Below are positions 52,805 through 57,278 of a stretch of DNA of 57,278 nucleotides, piece by piece. The position numbers and the translations under genes are program-made. The notes beneath the pieces were generated by a model. The model made no database searches and was not told the DNA's origin. It was given only the letters and a program-made list of their open reading frames with translations. Origin of the DNA: Chiloscyllium plagiosum. Taxonomy: Eukaryota. Location: the NCBI RefSeq assembly GCF_004010195.1, contig NC_057755.1, positions 10,621,280-10,678,557 on the forward strand. The letters run 5' to 3'. How positions within the stretch are numbered: the stretch's first letter is position 1; each line of letters starts with the position of its first letter.

Positions 52805-52826
52805 TATTAGAAGCTACTCCTTATTG

Positions 52827-53326
52827 NNNNNNNNNNNNNNNNNNNNNNNNNNNNNNNNNNNNNNNNNNNNNNNNNNNNNNNNNNNNNNNNNNNNNNNNNN
52901 NNNNNNNNNNNNNNNNNNNNNNNNNNNNNNNNNNNNNNNNNNNNNNNNNNNNNNNNNNNNNNNNNNNNNNNNNNNNNNNNNNNNNNNNNNNNNNNNNNNN
53001 NNNNNNNNNNNNNNNNNNNNNNNNNNNNNNNNNNNNNNNNNNNNNNNNNNNNNNNNNNNNNNNNNNNNNNNNNNNNNNNNNNNNNNNNNNNNNNNNNNNN
53101 NNNNNNNNNNNNNNNNNNNNNNNNNNNNNNNNNNNNNNNNNNNNNNNNNNNNNNNNNNNNNNNNNNNNNNNNNNNNNNNNNNNNNNNNNNNNNNNNNNNN
53201 NNNNNNNNNNNNNNNNNNNNNNNNNNNNNNNNNNNNNNNNNNNNNNNNNNNNNNNNNNNNNNNNNNNNNNNNNNNNNNNNNNNNNNNNNNNNNNNNNNNN
53301 NNNNNNNNNNNNNNNNNNNNNNNNNN
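52827..53326. other. Assembly gap, 500 N
   Basis: Run of exactly 500 N. Confidence 1.
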
Positions 53327-54030
53327 CAAGTCCAGATGGTACAAGGCAACTTGACAGGAAAGATCAACAATTTATCAGAGACAAGAAGGGAAGGATAATG
53401 TGCAATGAACGTTTAGTTTACTAAAATGCAACTTACCTTTGGATTCAATGGCAATCAGTTTTTTTTTATTTTTATGTCAGCTACATGGCATTGAAAGTGC
53501 TGGACAAATTCAGAAAATTGAAAACATTATAGAAGTGTCAAGTTAGTTGATAGTCAATGAGAATGGTTTTGTCGGCAGGAGTTGATTGAGACAGTTCAAT
53601 GGAACAGTGCCAAATGTAGCAGACCCAGAATGGTTTGAGATAATACATTGAGGGATGTTTTCAGGATGGTGGAATTATCAATAAATGACTGGATATTGCA
53701 AGTTTAACAGGGCCCAAGCAATCTCGTTGTAAAGATAAAATCACCACAGTCCTGCTCTCTCAGTTGAGAGAGTTGACTGGTTTTAGTTTGACTGGAGGGT
53801 CATTACACCTCGGCAAGGGGTAAGGTTCAGAAAGAGAGCACTGGAATGGTAACCTGAGCTGGTGGAAGGATTGAATGGTGGCATCACTAACTGGTTACCA
53901 GTCCACCTGAGCTAATTGATTATAGCACACATTCTTTTGACAGATAGATCAGGTGGTCACAAACTGAGGGACAATATATAAACAATAAAAGCTGAAATTA
54001 ATGGAAAAGCTCAGCAGGTCTGCCAGCATC
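53327..54030 (+). repeat. Diverged direct duplication of ~56425-57080, including an old SINE
   Basis: Collinear matches (cttacctttgg, ttgaaagtgctgga, aaatgtagca, atagatcaggtggtc). Confidence 0.85.
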
Positions 54031-54684
54031 TGTGGAGAGAAATGAGAGATAACATTTTGGATTGAGTGACCCAATCTCAGAACTGAATGATCACATGACT
54101 TTAATATCTGAAGCAAAGAACAAAAAGAGTGCAGGGTCAGGTTAGAATTGTAAAAAGCACAGATGCACTGTTGTGTCCTATTTTCTGCCATGTAGAAGGA
54201 TATCATTGTATGGGAGAAGGGAACTATATTTATATTTTATAGACAGCAGCATGTTATGCATAACTATAATCTAATCAAATAGATGGATAGTCTTTGTTTA
54301 GTGACACTTCCACTTTTTAATAGGGGACGATTATATGATAACAAAATACAGTGTGTGTGAAACTAACAAGGCAACAGGTATTTTGGACAAAGTAAGAATT
54401 CAATCAGCTTTGAGTGATTCCATTACGTACGTAGAAAATATTCTAAAGGGTAAGTGTATAAATATAAATTAATACATACTTTCTCAACATTCAGCAAATT
54501 TAAACTTTTACTGCATGTGGAGTTTTCTGTCAAATGAAACCAACAATCAGAAAGTTGTTCAAAAATACTCAAATCGTAAAGCAAAAGGACGAAGTAATAT
54601 CCAGCCTTATTGTTTACAAATGCTTCAGTAAATAATTGAAACCAGAAACTTGTAACAAATTTTTAACTAGACTGCTGTTGTTGT

Positions 54685-54900
54685 GTCGCCATAGTCTGAC
54701 GAGACCATAGGGGCTGCTCTCTTATTAGAGAGAAGCAACTGGTGGTGATTTAACCTGAGGGCCACCAGATTACAGGCAAGGGAAAAGGTTGAGAAGGAGA
54801 GTGCTTCACGGTAACGTCAAACTGGCGATAGGAGGTGAACCCATGCTGCTGACATCGCACTGCACTGTAAACCAACAATCCAGCCAAATGTGCTAAACTA
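54685..54900 (-). mobile_element. Old tRNA-derived SINE (same family at ~53730-53915 and ~56790-56975)
   Basis: Minus head gtttagcacatttggctgg...gggttcacc; shared body ctgctctc..gagag..actggtggt..gagggtcacc. Confidence 0.6.
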
Positions 54901-57087
54901 GACTATTTGACATTTGATCATTAATTTTCAACAAATGTATATTCAAAATTGTGGAGACATAAATAGCCTGCAATGCAATTCCGTTGAGTTTATTCTCCAC
55001 TTTCAAACCAAGAAAGCAATTCAGGAAAAAGAAAGTTCAGAATGACAATCCATTTTGCATGTCTGTGCTGCATAAACACGTTTTGAAATTTTCTTATTTC
55101 ACAAATAGAATACACAGTCTCGTGAGGGCAAGAAGAAATACATTTGAGGCAGGCACAATGCAGACTGATGCTACATGACTCAGTTGAATTTTGAAACCTA
55201 GGATATAGAATGACTTTGAGCTTGTTGGGAATGTGATTTCATGGTGAAATTGCAATTTTGTGATTTGTGCAATTCTTCAGACTGCGAGTAATTTTGCAAA
55301 CACATATGTGAACAGGTTCTGAAGTAAGCACTCAGACACCTTGGAGTTATTTGAATCCAGATGTAAAGAATTTGCTGAAAGATAAGTCTCAAAGTATAAA
55401 TTACTGAACATCTTCTGAACTTTCAAAAAATACACAGACAAGGATGATAGTCAGCACATTAGTTACTGCAAAATGTCCTGGAATTATATGCAAGATAAAA
55501 ATAATTGCTGAGTTTATTACTTACAAATATTTCAGAAACCATTCAACCATGACACATTTAGGATAGTGCAGCTAAGTTGGTTGAGATGGGTTGACTAATT
55601 TTTGCTAAATGAGAGCAATCACTGCAGTGACAATGTAGTTTGTAACTCAATTCCTTTGGGTTCATTCTTCACTTTCTAACCAGAGAATAACATCAGGGGA
55701 AGAAACTCGAATGGGGAACCAATTTCACACAGGTTGCATGTGCAAGCACAGCATAAATGGTGATGATTGGGGAAGGGCACAAAGACCAAAAAACAGCCAC
55801 AAAGTAGCTTTTAAGAGCTACAAATGGGAATATTAAAGGAAACTTCCTCGGGATATCAAAATGATAAGAGATTGTATCGTCACATAAAGGAAGCCTAGGA
55901 GTAATATTGGCTCTTTAGAAACTGAAAGTAGGATATTTTCAGTGACTATGGGGAGAAGGCAGACTAGTTGAATAATTACTTTGCCTCAGTATTTACAGTA
56001 GAAAGTGTCATTCGGAAGTATTAATTATCCTCTTTTCCTCCCCCCCTGCCATTTTTTAATAATTCAGAAAGACAAAAATAGATTAAACTAATCAGCAGCA
56101 AGAGGAAGTTGTAGATGTAGTTACAATTACAACATTTAAAAGGAGAGGAACATGACTAGGAAAGGTTCGGAGGTCTGTGAGCCAAACACAGTGAAGTGGG
56201 ACTGCTTTAGTTAATGAAACAAATGATACCAAAGGTTCTGTCTCTGTGCTGTATGCCCCTATGACTCTAGATGTTAATGGAAGGTCAGGTCTGTGTAATG
56301 ATCTATTTCTACCCCTCTGATGCAATGTAAGAAAGTATATGAGGTTATTTCATTTCATGCATTGAACAAATATTTGACTAAAGCTTTGTTATGTTCTGAC
56401 CCAGCATCAGGTCGTGAAATGTGAAGTCCTGAGGTTACAAGGCAAAAGGAAAGGAAAGATAAAAAAAATCTCAAGGAAAAATAAAGGAAGGATAGCGAGT
56501 AATGAAATTTTATTTCACTATAAGATGACTTACCTTTGGGTTCGTGGCAACCCGTATTTATTCTCAATTTTTTAAAATTATCTCCATGGTGTTGAAAGTG
56601 CTGGATATAATTCAGAAAATTGGAAACAATACAGAAATGTCACGTTAGTTCATAGTGAATGAGAGAAAGTTTTTGTTTGCAGAACTTGGTTGAGCCAGTT
56701 CAGTGCAACATTGACAAATGTAGCACATCCTGAATGGTTTGAGATGATACACAGAGGAAAGTTTTACAGGGACAAGTCAATATCGTTGTAAACATAAATT
56801 CACTATCGTCCTGCTCTTTCAATTGAGAGCATTGACTGGTGGTAGCTTGGCCAGAGGGTCATGGCACCTTAAGGCAAGGCACAATATTGAGAAAGAACGC
56901 CTTGGAATGATAAGTTGGGCTGGTGGAAGAATTGAATGGTGACATTACTAACTGTTCAACAATGCCCCTGAGCCAACAAATTACATCACATATTCATTTG
57001 ATGGATAGATCAGGTGGTCGCAAAGTCAGGGAGAATATGTGAACAACAAAACAGAAATTACTGGAAAATCTCAGCAGGTGCGATAAG

Positions 57088-57278
57088 ATTTAGATTAGAT
57101 TACTTACAGTGTGGAAACAGGCCCTTCGGCCCAACAAGTCCACACTGACCCGCCGAAGAGCAGCCACCCAGACCCATTCCCCTACATTTATCCCTGCACC
57201 TAACACTACGGGCAATTTGGCATGGCCAATTCACCTAATCTGCACATTTTTGGACTGTGGAAGGAAACCGGAGCACCT
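57088..57278 (-). mobile_element. HE1-like SINE 3' part, running off the window end
   Basis: ttagattagattacttacagtgtggaaacaggcc, as at 16320. Confidence 0.9.

Noticed and set aside
53327..53424. Final NLR exon (SPDGTRQL...)
   Set aside because: Only a short resemblance, it lies across an unreliable gap, and it aligns with the non-coding duplicate at ~56425.

Overview
Eukaryotic, repeat-dominated vertebrate DNA. The repeat set (CR1-type LINEs, HE1-like tRNA-derived SINEs, Penelope-like elements, Tx1, Ty3/Gypsy LTRs) suggests a shark or other cartilaginous fish; this is inferred from family resemblance, not from a database search. The only recognisable host gene is a + strand NLR-family (NACHT-LRR) gene at ~45.4-51.8 kb. 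It has two frameshifts, eroded ATPase motifs and a damaged LRR exon, so it is probably a pseudogene. Upstream lie three paralogous copies of a mostly non-coding module (~7.5-10.8, ~14.5-23.6, ~27.8-35.6 kb), a 3-kb 25-bp minisatellite, a constant-core/(CA)n-spacer array, several solo LTRs, and a Gypsy remnant with integrase before RT (Gmr1-like). Many Penelope-derived insertions carry minimal hammerhead-ribozyme cores (CTGATGA..GAAACGTC); one forms an inverted repeat inside an NLR intron. Three exact 500-N gaps separate pieces of exactly 22,000 and 25,000 bp, so adjacency across gaps is uncertain. Most coordinates are read by eye and approximate, except where TSDs or splice sites fix them.
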